DNA of 64,000 nt, taken from NCBI GenBank assembly GCA_964016885.1, contig OZ024740.1, positions 413,788,001 to 413,852,000 of the forward strand, written 5' to 3'. This stretch comes from Eledone cirrhosa. Taxonomy: Eukaryota. Shown here piece after piece: positions 41,556 to 53,312 of the stretch; the stretch's first letter is position 1, and every line of letters begins with the position of its first letter. The position numbers were made by a program, and so were the translations under genes. The notes under the pieces were generated by a model. It was given only the letters and a program-made list of their open reading frames with translations. It did not search any database and was not told the origin of the DNA.

Positions 41556-41710
41556 TATATATATATATATAAGCAAAAGGGATATTCAATTTGATGGTAA
41601 TTCAGCAAATATAAATGTTTATATCTAATTTAGAGCACTCGACAGTTTTTCTGGAGAATAATATTCAATGATATTAAATAAATGGAAACTATATTTATAA
41701 AACCATATTT

Positions 41711-41769
41711 ATTCTATTATATATATTTCAATGGTACCGACACTTTGGTACGCTTTCATCAGATAAAAT
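41711..41769 (-). ncRNA. Type I hammerhead ribozyme
   Basis: Inverted copy of 41919-41976, core CTGATGA intact. Confidence 0.75.
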
Positions 41770-41918
41770 ACAAAGTTTGTTTTATAAATTTTGACATAAC
41801 CAAGAAAAAGATACCTTACCAGTTCAAGTCTTCCTTGGATAGTGACTATCCAAGGAAAACCTGAACCGTTAAGGTATCTTTTTCTTGGTTATCTCAAAAT
41901 TTATAAAACAAGCTTTGT

Positions 41919-41976
41919 ATTTTATCTGATGAAAGCGTGCCAAGTTTTGGTACCCTTGAAATATATATAATAGAAT
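41919..41976 (+). ncRNA. Type I hammerhead ribozyme
   Basis: attttat-CTGATGA-aagcgtgccaagttttggtaccctt-GAAA-tatata-TA-atagaat. Confidence 0.8.
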
Positions 41977-41990
41977 AAATATATATATAT

Positions 41991-42660
41991 AGTGAAAAAT
42001 GGAACGGGAACAATACAGAGAGGCAGTACAAACAAATGTTTATTAGTTTCACGCTCTTGAGGGTGGGGGTGGGGAACGACGTTTCGGGCATAAGTCCTTC
42101 TTCAGGAGAAAAGTGGGTGGGAAGAGAGTTCCGAGGGTGTGTGGGGGGAGTGGTGGAGATACATTTAGAAAAGGGGGGAGGGGAAACGGTGAAATAAAAA
42201 TAAAAATAAACATGAAGATAAACAAGTGGTGGAAGGGTGTGGGGCGTATAGGGGTGGTGGCGGGTGGAGTGGGGAGAGGGAGGCAGGGTGTCCGAGCGGG
42301 GAGGGCTGAAGTTGGTGTTTGTGTATGCGTGTAGGTGTATGTGTGTGTATGTGAGAGTTGGGGGATTAACGAGGTTCCATGTTCAGGAAAAGGTTTGGTG
42401 TGGGTGGGGTATAGGTCGGTGTGTGCGTGCGTGTGGATGGGAAGGGGATAGAGAGGTGGGGGAGGGGCGTAAGGATTCCGGAGGCTGTGTGTGTATATAT
42501 GTGGAGGTACGCACGTGTGTGTTGGTGTTTATACGTTTTGTGGATGTAGGTGGTGTGGTTCGAAAACAAATTGTGAGTGTATGTCCGTGGGTAAGTTCCT
42601 AAGGTAGTTCGGTAGAGGTTGTGAAGAGTTGCCGGATATTTTCCATGTTATGGAGTGTAT
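41991..42660 (-). mobile_element. 5'-truncated PLE 3' end with minimal hammerhead (42055-42110)
   Basis: HSITWKI resembles the GIY-YIG tail YSIEWSI; minus strand CTGAAGA-aggacttatgccc-GAAAC-GTC; terminus also at 61762-61831. Confidence 0.7.
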
Positions 42661-42679
42661 ATATATATACATATATATA

Positions 42680-42885
42680 TATAAACAAAGAAAGTGTGTT
42701 AAGGAATCACGTGGACCATAGCGCACAAGAGTACATGATACTTAGGGTAGTAGAGTGGGTAATAGGAAAATAGTCAGGACCCCGACGGCTGAGCTTTGGC
42801 CGTTTCGACAGCTACATCCGAACAGTTCGGATCTAGGTGTCGAAATAGCGGGAGTTCAGCCATCTGTGTCCTGACTCTTTTCCGA
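42680..42885 (-). mobile_element. Truncated PLE pseudo-LTR ending in an older, diverged hairpin
   Basis: Homologous to 21362-21559; ...gtttcgacagctacatccgaa-cag-ttcggatctaggtgtcgaaa... Confidence 0.75.
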
Positions 42886-43834
42886 TATATATATATAAGT
42901 TGGTATATGTTTGTGTTTCTGAAGAAACACATTATACATTATCACTTTACTTTTAACCGAACATACTTCTCAATTTTTATTTAAAACCTATTTGGTTATG
43001 TCTACTTCTACATATATATAATATCATGTTAGAAATATATATATGTGTGTGAGTGAGTGTTTGTATGGGAGAGGAAAAGACTTCACCACTCGCATGTTTG
43101 TGAGAACATATAATTTAACACCTTTAAGCTAGCATATGTCTCGCTGTTTATTGCAACCATTATCTCGTATAGAGCAGTCATTAAAATCAAGGAAGGTATA
43201 TAAGAATTATTCTAATACGTTTTAAAACATTACATGGTGTTGTTTTATAATAGTAATTGGCACGCTAAGCCAACTGTTATTACTAAGTATGACGTGTTAT
43301 TAGAATGTAGGTAAATATGGCATTACACTATATTCATGCAAAGCGAGTTGTTATAAAAAGAACACCATATATTGTAAAACTGAATATTGATGGAAGCAAG
43401 TTTGAAATAACTGAAAGAACATTAACTGAGTAACACGACACATATATTCTATATACACAAAAGACGAAACTTATGGAAATATGCATATCCGAGTTAATTA
43501 TATTTAACAAAATTGTATGTGTGTTCGAGGCTTATGTGTTTGTGTTTGTGTGATAATGAACACGTAAAGTAATTCTCAAGTGCTGTTGCTGTTCTTGTTT
43601 AGTCCTAGTTCAGCTTTGAACAAATGTTTTCCACTCGAGACTATTACGTATGTGTTTCAAGCCCACTGGATCTACGACTGCAACATCTAATGTATTCTTC
43701 CTTAATTTAAGACGACATGGCGTATTTTATGAGGGACTGTACTGCTAATTCTAATTTAACCACTGACCGTGTAGTGTCTCCTCTGTTTATTTGCCTGTGC
43801 TGAATCCAATTTCTTCTGAGGAAATAACAAGCGC

Positions 43835-44190
43835 GGTGACAAACCCCTCGTCTGGGATGCCACTTGGACCGACACTTTCTCCAGCCGCAACCTGGTGCAG
43901 TCTACAACTAACGCAGGTTCTGCTGCATGTCGGTCTGAGGAGGCCAAACTCTCCAAATACCGGTCGCTCTCCGACAGGTTTGCGGTCGTACCCTTGGCAG
44001 TGGAGACTTCTGGTGTCTTCGGCCCTAGGGCTACCTCCCTACTCACCACCATAGGCGCTGAGCTGGCCAACCGCAGGTGTGAGCCCCGCGTGTTGGAATG
44101 GCTCTTCCAGCGCGTCTCCCTTGCCGTCCTCCGAGGAAACGCCTTCTCCATTCTGTCCGCCGGGGCTGTGGGGAGGCCATCAATATGATT
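43835..44190 (+). pseudogene. 3' RLE endonuclease fragment of a CRE-clade retrotransposon
   Basis: WDATWTDT..KLSKYRSL..VPLAVETSGVFG..WLFQRVSLAVLRGNAFSIL. Confidence 0.8.
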
Positions 44191-45199
44191 GACTGACTTG
44201 TCATTTTATCTTATACTTTTTATATATCTTATATGTTACAACCAGAAAAATTATTGAGTCAATATAGTCCAATACATTATCATTACAATGCTCCGTCAGA
44301 ATAACCATGGCGTCCCATTCGCAGACATAAAGAGAGAAATAATTCATTAATATTGCTCGTTTCTTGATATATTGACAAATTGATTTCCGAAAGCATTGTC
44401 TTTATTTTGCTGATTTCTCAACTTGTATTTAAAGAAATGTTTTTCTATTTGTTTTCTCATTGGAGTATTCTGTTACGCGATCTTTATTTCAAAATTCTTT
44501 CCTAAATAGATCACTTGTTTCTACGAGAAACTGTCCAGAAAATATATTTACATTTACATTTCATATCCCTATAAACTCAATTCCATTTCCTGAAATACGT
44601 TTTCCATTTCAATGATTACACTGTAGATAAGTAATATTGTTGTTGTTGTTTTTACTTTTCTATTATATATATATATATATATATATATGTATTTTATAAC
44701 CATTAAATTTACTACCTCTTTTTTCATGAATCATTCTCTACCTCGAACTTTGTTGTTGTTTTGTTTTTTATGTCTATCCACCATTTGATGAAGTTAATCT
44801 TGAATATCTAAATACTAATATCTAACATTTGTTGATAGTTTTAACATTATTCATTCAGGTTTGATTTCCTTTAATAAACTTCTTATACAGTTCGCACACT
44901 TATCTATATTTCTTTCTGTTTCCTCACATGATCCTAATGAAAGCCGAATATTGATACTATTCAATTTCATTTAACGATTTAATTGACTTGATTTGTTATC
45001 TGGAATATGATACCTACAACAAATGTTGGTAAGTTAAGAAATATATCTAAACCACCCCTGTCAAAAGCTTTCTGATAATAAACACACAGCATTTTTTCTT
45101 TATTATTTTGTTTCAATTTTTATATATGGCTTTCTTGATCAATAGATGTTTTTTAATTCACTTTAGTAAAAACTGATCTTTACATCATATTGCCATTAG

Positions 45200-45580
45200 T
45201 CTTATTTATGTTGTGTACTTCCTCTACCGAGTATATCTGTAGTGTTTCGCTGTTGTTGTCTCTATTTCATTGAAAGTACTCCATGTAATCTATGGCAAGG
45301 CAATGCCTAGTATTGTTATTTTCTGCATCTTATGTATATTTGCAAGTCCAAAGAGTTTAGTTATGTAATTGTTTGCATGAAGTTTTATAATTCCCAAGGG
45401 ACCTATTATCAAAGGAATTATTTCGATTTTCATCCTACCCACAGCCAGGAAATCTCTATTCCCAGATTTCTGTATTTGCATAATATTTTCACTGTATTCG
45501 AGACATTATTATCTGTTGAGACTGACATTGACTAAAAGGGACTTTATTTTCTGGTGGTAATTGATAAAATCTGAATGATT
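45200..45580 (-). pseudogene. 3' RLE remnant of another R4/NeSL-type retrotransposon
   Basis: IIPLIIGPLGII..IHKMQKITILGIA. Confidence 0.65.
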
Positions 45581-45759
45581 AATGTTGATCTCCGCTTTGT
45601 ATATATTGATATATGGAGAATACTAATGCTACCTTTCCAGTATATACCAATTCCATCGCTTTACCTTTAGTATCGCATAAGGCTAACATAACAATCCAAC
45701 GTTGTGATATTTGTCGATGCATCCTACGCGTGACAGTAGCTGTTCGACATAATTCCACA

Positions 45760-46108
45760 GGTCGGTCACTCCTGGGCACTGAACAATTGCGTGCAGAACG
45801 GTTTCAATGTCCTGCTCGCATCTTGGACAGGTCCTTTTGGCAGGATCCATGTCAGGGCGTGCGTGCCTGTAGATTTTGTCTCTAACTGGTAAAGCTCATC
45901 GGTAGCACTGCCAGTCCAGAGACCTCTGGAAGTTATCCATAGGTCCTGGATGGAAAGTCCTCCCGATCAGACTGGCTAGTTGGTCCTCTTCGATGCCTAG
46001 TGCCTCCCAGAGAACGTCGTCGCACTTATCCCCCACTAATCCCCTATAGAATGTCGACGTGGAGTCTCCGCTGATTAACGTTTTCGATTGGTAGAGGGTT
46101 GTGAGCAC
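45760..46108 (-). mobile_element. Old L1/Tx1 ORF2 C-terminal fragment abutting (GATA)n
   Basis: STSTFYRGL..GRTFHPGPMDNFQRSLDWQCYR, homologous to downstream copies. Confidence 0.8.
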
Positions 46109-46110
46109 CT

Positions 46111-46185
<75 letters not shown>

Positions 46186-47132
46186 TTTTTTATTTACCAT
46201 AAAGGCATAAAAAGAAGGGACAAATACAAAGGGGGAGTTTACATAAAACCGAGTAAAAAGGGTATAAAATGAAAATAATCAAAAACAACCTCAAAAGGGA
46301 GGGGACGTGATGGGGGTTGCACACACCCCCGAAAAAGTGTGCAATCCTTTGCCCTGGGAGCACATGGAGGAGGTGCTCCCCTCTCCTTCACTTCTTTACC
46401 TACAGGATGGTATACAGAGAAGGCCCATTTACACGAGCCATTCTCGCCACTATCACCCACCTTTCATAAAACTGCCTGTGGCAAAGCACCTCTCTCTCCA
46501 TTCTTATCCTTCTTCCGAAGTGATATCGGAAGAAGTAGACCAGACTATGGCCAGAGAGGAAGTTGCCTGACCTCAGACCTTTCAATCGTTACCACCAAAC
46601 AACCTCTTTCAACATGGCTATTACGCACAGAAAAACCGCCTTTGCTTCCTTTGTGAAGAGGGGAGGCGGCTTGATTGTCATCACGGACTCGGAGGTCAAT
46701 CGAATCGGCGCCACCCGCGACAGCAGTTGTTCGGCGAAGCCCCACAGATCAGCCACACCCGGACATTGCACCAATGCGTGCGCAACGGTTTCTTCGTGAC
46801 GCACGCATCTAGGGCAAATCTTTTTCGAGGGATCCCTGCCCGGGCGCCCGTGTCTGTAGAGCTTTTCTCGAACTGGTAGAGCCTCCCGGTAGCACTGCCA
46901 GGCCAGTGACTTCTGGAAGTTGTCCATTGGTCCCGGGCCGAAGTCCTACCGAACAGGCTGACCAGTTCGTCCTCTTCCATGTCCAGCAACTCTCCAAGGG
47001 TGTCATCGCCCCTGCTAACCACCAGCCCGTATAGAATGACGAGGTGGATTCTCCACCAATGGCCGGGTCCACTTGCCAGAGAGCCCTGAGCGCCTGGGCA
47101 CACTCAGTGTGCCAGTCATCCAGTTTTCGGGA

Positions 47133-48869
47133 TCATTGCTTGACCCAGGACTGCAGCTCGGTGAGCGAGACGAGTCTCGGAAAGGCTCGTCTCACGAACG
47201 GAGCCCACACCGGTTGACCAGTGAGGAATACCTGTAGGCGCCGTAGCCTTAATGCGTGCCTACGCATCATCAACCACGGCATCCCCAGCCCTCCTTTCGA
47301 AGGTTGTTGGCAGCAGATGGATCTTCTCACCATAGGAGGGCGCTTTTTCCAAAGAAATTGAAAGAGCACGCGTTCCATGTTGGTGAGTGTTTCTTTAGGG
47401 CAAGGCACGACAGTAAGGCGGTAGTAGGTGACGGGCGCTATGTAAATGTTCGCCACCTCCGCCCGACCTTTCAGGGACAGCTTACACTTGGCCCATTTCT
47501 GGTTCAGTGCAAACACCTTGCTCGTAACCTCGCCCCAGTTCTTTTCCACCTGGAGGCCCGGTCCAAACCAGACCCCAAGCAACTTCACCGGGCCCTCCGT
47601 CCAGTGTCCGACGACACCGTCGGGAGGCATCGGTCTGACTCTCCACGTTCCGAGTTGCAGCTCGATGGATTTTTCCCGGTTCAGTTTCGCTCCTGACAAC
47701 CTTTCGTATTCCTCCAGTAAGGTGCCGATCGCTTCGATCTCCGAGTCGGTCGATACCATTACTGTTACGTCATCGGCGTAGGCCGACACCGCTTTGCTCA
47801 ATCCTGGTTCCAGGGGGATACTCTGCAACAACTCCAACTTCCTCAGTAAAGGCTCGAGAGTCAGTACGTACATAAGGGAGGAGAGAGGGCACCCCTGTCG
47901 AATGGATCGTGTGATTTCGAACGGCTTCGAAAGGTAGCCGTTCACCTTGATCCTAGAACAGATGTGGTTGCTATGTAAGGCAGTGATCCAGCCTCTGAAA
48001 ACAGGGCCGAACCCAGCCGCCGCTAGCACCGCATCCAGGTAACCATGGTCAACCCTATCGAACGCCTTAGACTGATCCAAGTTGATCAGGGCCCCACCGA
48101 AGCCGGGTTTGTTGCCAACCCTCTCTATGATGTATCGCATGAGGTGGAAGTTGTCGTGAATGGACCTGGATGGGGTAGCACGTGTCTGATCATCTCCCAC
48201 CAGGCTACCCACGACAAGCGCCAACCTCTTTGCTAACACCTTGGCCAAAATCTTTAACTCTGTGTTTAGCAGGGTTATGAGCCGAAAATTATTTATACTA
48301 TCCCCCTTGTTCTCGTCCTTCCTCACCAGCGAGACTACGTCCTTGGCTACAGAACAAGGAATTCTCCCGTTCTGCTGCCAATTGCAGTAGACTGCTTCGA
48401 GGAGTTCGGAGAAGAAGACCGGCATTGCCAAATAAAGTTCGTAAGGTATACCATCGAGACCTGGAGATTTGCGTTTGCTGCATTGGCTCAGCGCATCCCC
48501 GATCTCATCAGCCGAGATTGGTCGCTCGCAGGATTCTGCCTCTTCGCTTGTTAGACGCGGCAGGCCGTCGAGGTATGGACAGAAATCCACGTCCACGCCC
48601 AGACCCCCTCCTCCCCCGAACAATCGGGCAAAGTGCCTTTGAAAGGCCTCGCACATCTGCTTAGGCTCCCGGATCACCCGTCCAACCTCGTCTTGCAAAG
48701 ACCGGATGGTGGATCGATTTCCACTCTTAGCTTCTGTCACGCGGGCCCAGCCAACGGCTTTGGCCCCCTCATTACCTAGAGCACGTATTTTACTTCGAAT
48801 GACGCAGCCTTCGTGCTTTGCATCGAAAAACTGGCTCAAGGCCGTCCGCGTTGCCAGCACTCTGGCCAC
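47133..48869 (-). CDS. Tx1 ORF2 reverse transcriptase part (frameshifted from the APE part)
   Basis: 578-aa ORF: KSPGLDG, LITLLNTELKILAK, QGCPLS, AYADDV. Confidence 0.88.
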   Translation of the reverse strand: MARVLATRTALSQFFDAKHEGCVIRSKIRALGNEGAKAVGWARVTEAKSGNRSTIRSLQDEVGRVIREPKQMCEAFQRHFARLFGGGGGLGVDVDFCPYLDGLPRLTSEEAESCERPISADEIGDALSQCSKRKSPGLDGIPYELYLAMPVFFSELLEAVYCNWQQNGRIPCSVAKDVVSLVRKDENKGDSINNFRLITLLNTELKILAKVLAKRLALVVGSLVGDDQTRATPSRSIHDNFHLMRYIIERVGNKPGFGGALINLDQSKAFDRVDHGYLDAVLAAAGFGPVFRGWITALHSNHICSRIKVNGYLSKPFEITRSIRQGCPLSSLMYVLTLEPLLRKLELLQSIPLEPGLSKAVSAYADDVTVMVSTDSEIEAIGTLLEEYERLSGAKLNREKSIELQLGTWRVRPMPPDGVVGHWTEGPVKLLGVWFGPGLQVEKNWGEVTSKVFALNQKWAKCKLSLKGRAEVANIYIAPVTYYRLTVVPCPKETLTNMERVLFQFLWKKRPPMVRRSICCQQPSKGGLGMPWLMMRRHALRLRRLQVFLTGQPVWAPFVRRAFPRLVSLTELQSWVKQ

Positions 48870-49833
48870 ATCTTCGCTCGTGATTGCTCTTCTAATTTAC
48901 CTGTTAATTCTTTCTCGTTCCTATTCCTATCGGCAGCTAACATCTTGCTATAACTTATTGATTCTGTTCTAATCTCTCTTTTGAGAGATGCCCACCATCG
49001 GTTGTTGACGATTGCACCCGTCAACCTCTCCTTAACTAATCTGCTAATTCGGTCTCTGTAAGCATCTTTTGCCGGTAAAAACAAATTAAGTTTCCAGTAA
49101 CCGCGACCCTGTCTATGTGTTCTCTCAAGGTTGACTACGCAGGTCACTAATTTGTGATCTGTATAGCCAACCGTGAGCATTTCTGGACAGCTTAATATGT
49201 CCCTATCCTTACTTCGAACTAAGAATCTATCTAAGTACGATCTAGATTGACCACAAAGGTTCGTCCAAGTCCAGGTTGGTACAGTTGGAAAATCTAGTCG
49301 ATATCTATTGACCAAGTTAAAACGGTCGAGTAATCCCTTGAGGCTGTTACACCCCCCTCTATTAGGACAAGCTCCTGCATAGTCCCAACGTGCATCTAGG
49401 ATGTCATTCCAGTCCCCCGCTAGTAGCAGGGAACGCGACGTTACCAGAAAAGTCTCCAGACGCTGGAAGAAGTCGGGTCGTTCAGCTCCGAAAGGGGAGT
49501 AGACGGCGACCAGTTTCAAGGCCGCACCTCCACTACTGCCAACGTCTAGCACCAACAAACGACCTTCCAGGTCCGAGTGAACAACCTGTACGGCGAGACC
49601 CAGGTGTTTTTCCAGCAGTACGACAACCCCACCCCCACCTCCAGGTAGACAGAGAGATGCGTGCACCTCAAAGTCATCGAAGGTAGGTGCCAGCTGCCGC
49701 ACGACGCTGATCCGAGTCTCACAGATAACCATTACATTTATACCACGTGACCTGAGGTCATTTAGAAGCTTTGCTTGTTTTCAAGTTGAGCCCAGGCACG
49801 TGCATTCAAACATCCTACTCTTAACACATCCAT
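48836..49833 (-). CDS. Tx1 ORF2 apurinic-like endonuclease part (disrupted near start)
   Basis: MDVLRVGCLNAR start, ICET, GDWN, LDRF, TDHK, GYWKLN. Confidence 0.85.
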
Positions 49834-50197
49834 GTGGGCGGCAAAGCCAAAGGAGAGTGTAGAGACTTACCTTTCTGCTTCCCGGTGTTCGGGTCGAACG
49901 ACTTCCATGGGGTCGGGGGTGTTGGGTGAAGTGGTGTCTTGTGGTGGTGTGGGGTCGTCAGTGTGTGGTTGGGTTGGGGTGTTTGGAGTTGTGTTGGGAA
50001 GGGGAGGGGAAAGCTTTTTAGGAGGACGCGGTTTATGGGTTTGATAGAGGGTGGTCCTACGTCCTCTTTAAAATCCTTTTTTAGTTTTTGGTAGAGGTTC
50101 ATTGGGATCTTTATTAATTTTAAATTTGGGTAGTTTTCTGAAGAAACAAAGTTTACCCCTTCGGTTTGTACCGAAGGGTTATTGTTTATGAGTTCAT

Positions 50198-51851
50198 TTA
50201 ATTTATTATTGTTTCTGTTGATGTAAGTATAGTGTAATGTCTTTTTTTCGGATGGTGTGAGTGTTTCGAAGAGGGGAGGGGCAGGTTTGGTTTTGTTTGT
50301 TGCTGGAGGGGTGTTTTGTGTTTTGTTGGATTGTGTTGACATTTGGGTAGAGGCTGTTTGGCCTTGTGTGTTTTGCACATGTTTTCTTTTTTTCCTTTTA
50401 ATCTGTCTGAAGGACTCCGTTTCTTCCTCCGAATCGTTGGGTTATCTTCAGTGTTGGAGGGGAGAGGTATGTTTGCTGGTAATGTTTCCGTGTTGGTTTT
50501 CTTTGTGGGGGAGATGGATGTCACTATGCTAGACTGTGTTGTGTGTTGTGGCTGCGGTGGTTGTGTTGTTTTATTGAGTGAGGGGTTGGGTGGGACTGTG
50601 TTTTGTTTTTGGTTAATGTGTTGTGTCTGTTTGTGCTGTGGTGGTGGTGTAGTTTTACTGAGGGACCGGTTGGGTGGGGCTGAGTTTTGTTGTTTGTTTA
50701 TCTGTTGTGGTGGTGGTGGAGCTGGTGTTGGTAGCAGGGTTTTCTTCTTGTTGAGTTGTGGACAAGCCGCCTTCAGGTGCCCTCTGCCTGCACAGATATG
50801 ACAGGACGGCCTTCTCCCCTCCACGCTAATGTTTATATACCCGTGGCCCTCTAATAGGATTCTGTCGGGTATTTGGACAATGCGTTCAGGCTTCATTTGC
50901 ACTACAAGTTCTATACCTGTTCCACTGAACGCATTGCCTGTGGTTTTCCCAATGGAAATCACGTTGTCATTCGCTGGATCGATGAAGCCAGCTATGAGCC
51001 AGCAGTAGTCCACATCTGGCATCATCGCATCCAGCCATATGCGCTGAGTTCTTTTACCCATATAAGATGGATAAAAGGTAAAATTTGTCGAGCGAATCGG
51101 CGACAAAGCATATTTTTTGCCGCTGATTCGTTCTTCATAATAATGGCAAGGCTTCCATACAGCCTGTCTCTTCTTATGAAAGTGGCTTCATTAAGTACTT
51201 CTGTAAGTACTGCTTTAATTTCTGCTTGTGTTGGTTGTTGAGGTTTTTTTGAGATGTTGTTGATGGTGCGGAAAACGACCGTCCGACTTTCAATATCTTT
51301 GGTGAGTTCTTGGGGCATATTTATCGATAAGGTTCCATTTTCCCCTTGAGTTATTATTGTTTTGCGTTTTTTATTCTTTGTGCCACATCTGAAATATTTT
51401 CAGGTATATATGTTAAAGATTTCTTTGTTGTTTGTGCAAATGAGATATTATTGGTGTTGACTTTGTCGTCTGTTTTGCTTTCTGTTATGATGTTGTTTTC
51501 AAATGTTATTTTTGTGTTTGTTGTTTCTTTGCTTGTGGTATTAATATTGTCATGCAATTCTTTCAATTTTTTTTTGTTGTTGGACACAATCTCCAGATTT
51601 GTGTTTTCGTCATTTTTCTCCGCACATTCGTCTGTTTTTCTTTTCTTTTTTCTTTCCTTCTCTATGAGGTTAGTTGAGAAGGAAGGGGGGACTAAAGCGT
51701 GCGAGCTTACAATTCTTACCGCTGTCACCCCCCCACCACTATTTTCGTTAGCTTCGTTTAACATTTCTGCCAGACGATTGAAATTTTGTGCCACACAATT
51801 TTTAAAAACAGGTTGTTCACCCCTGGGAGGGGCGAAGATGAGGTCACCCAC
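50198..51851 (-). pseudogene. Tx1 ORF1 (gag-like, CCHC zinc knuckle), frameshifted
   Basis: EGRRPSCHICAGRGHLKAACP followed by P/T/N/K-rich low complexity. Confidence 0.78.
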
Positions 51852-51986
51852 CGCCTAACAGTTCAGACGGGTGGTCAAGCTAGACAATAGTATCAAAATT
51901 AAAATTAAACTTACAAAATTTCCGCAATAAATTGGAAGAAAGCTTCTGCGCGAAGTGAATTACGTCTACGCTGTCGAACAGACGAC

Positions 51987-52072
<86 letters not shown>

Positions 52073-52182
52073 CTTTCTTTTTATTTGCCACCAGGGCATC
52101 AAAGAGTGGGACAAGTACAACGGGGGGGAGTTTACATAAAAAGGCGTCCTCAATAAGGAGGAGGCAATAACAAAATATAAAA
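52073..52182 (-). mobile_element. Tx1 3'-tip insertion (~110 bp) in (GATA)n
   Basis: tttatttgccaccagggcatcaaagagtgggacaagtacaa matches the 3' UTR of the long copies. Confidence 0.85.
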
Positions 52183-52233
<51 letters not shown>

Positions 52234-52234
<1 letters not shown>

Positions 52235-53174
52235 ATTCCTTTATTAGCCACAAGGGCACAAAAGAAGGGGACAAATACAAATGGGGAGTTTACATACAGG
52301 TATATGAAAATAAAACTTTTAATACAATAACAAATAACAATTGAAATCCCCAATAGGGGGAGGTGTTACACAGGGGTTGTACACACCCCGAAAAAATGTA
52401 CAACCCTCATCTCCAAGAATGGGTACTCCCTTCCTCTCTTCCTCTTTTTCCTCAACCTACAGGCTTATATAGAGAGAAGGCCCAACCACTCGGGCCATCT
52501 TTACCACATTCACCCACCTTTTATAAAATTTGCTGGGGTACAGCACCTCTCTCTCCATCCTGATTCTTCCAAAATGATATTTGAAAAAACGGATCAGTTG
52601 CTCGCCGGAGAGAAAGGTGTCTGACCTCAGCCCTTTTAACCTCGTCCACCATATAACCTCTTTCACCATAGCCATAACACATAAGAAAACCGCCTCTCCC
52701 TCGTTTTTGAAGGAGGGTGGCTGTTTGATCACGACAATGGACTCGGTCGTCAACTGGATTGGTCCCACCCGCGACAATAGTCGTTCTACATAGCCCCACA
52801 GGTCGGTAACGCCCGGGCAGTGTACAAATGCGTGTGCGACGGTTTCTTGGTCGCGCACGCATCTCGGACAGATCTTTTTCGAATGGTCCCTACCCGGGCG
52901 CCCATGTCTGTAGAGCTTGTCTCGAACTGGTAGAACTCCTCGGTAGCACTGCCAGGCCAAGGACTTTTGGAAGTTGTCCATTGGTCCCAGGCGGAAGGTC
53001 CTACCGAACAGACTGGCCAGTTCGTCCTCCTCTACGCCTAGAGTTTCTCCGAGCGTGTCGGCGCACTTGCTGCGGACCAACCCTCTATAGAATGTCGAAG
53101 TGGAATCTCCACTGATCGCCCGGTCCGTTTGCCAGAGGACTGTGAGCGCCTAAGCACATTCGATGTGCCAGTCA
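52234..53174 (-). mobile_element. 5'-truncated Tx1 copy (~0.94 kb) in (GATA)n
   Basis: ORF2 C-terminus CPRC..HAFVHC plus 3' UTR. Confidence 0.9.
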
Positions 53175-53195
53175 TAGATAGATAGATAGATAGAT

Positions 53196-53242
53196 AACTT
53201 TCTTTTTATTTGCCACCAGGGCGTCAAAGAGCGGGACAAGTA
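53196..53242 (-). mobile_element. Tx1 3'-tip insertion (~47 bp)
   Basis: tttatttgccaccagggcgtcaaagagcgggacaagtac between GATA and GACA repeats. Confidence 0.8.
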
Positions 53243-53312
53243 CAGACAGACAGACAGACAGACAGAAAGACAGACAGACGGACAGACAGGCAGGAACACA
53301 GATAGATAGATA

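Larger units (their letters stand above)
41571..41985. mobile_element. Solo PLE pseudo-LTR (family of 17508-21267) folded back on itself
   Basis: Same terminus aagcaaaagggatattc as 21267; ~140-bp arms centred on 41844. Confidence 0.88.
46185..51985 (-). mobile_element. Full-length L1/Tx1-clade non-LTR retrotransposon (copy A, ~5.8 kb) in (GATA)n
   Basis: ORF1 with CHIC..GHLKAAC knuckle; ORF2 from 49833 with APE (LAGDWN, SYLDRF, TDHK), RT (DQSKAFDRV, QGCPLS, YADD), CPRC..HALVQC; AATAAA plus short poly(A); GATA repeats on both flanks. Confidence 0.93.
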
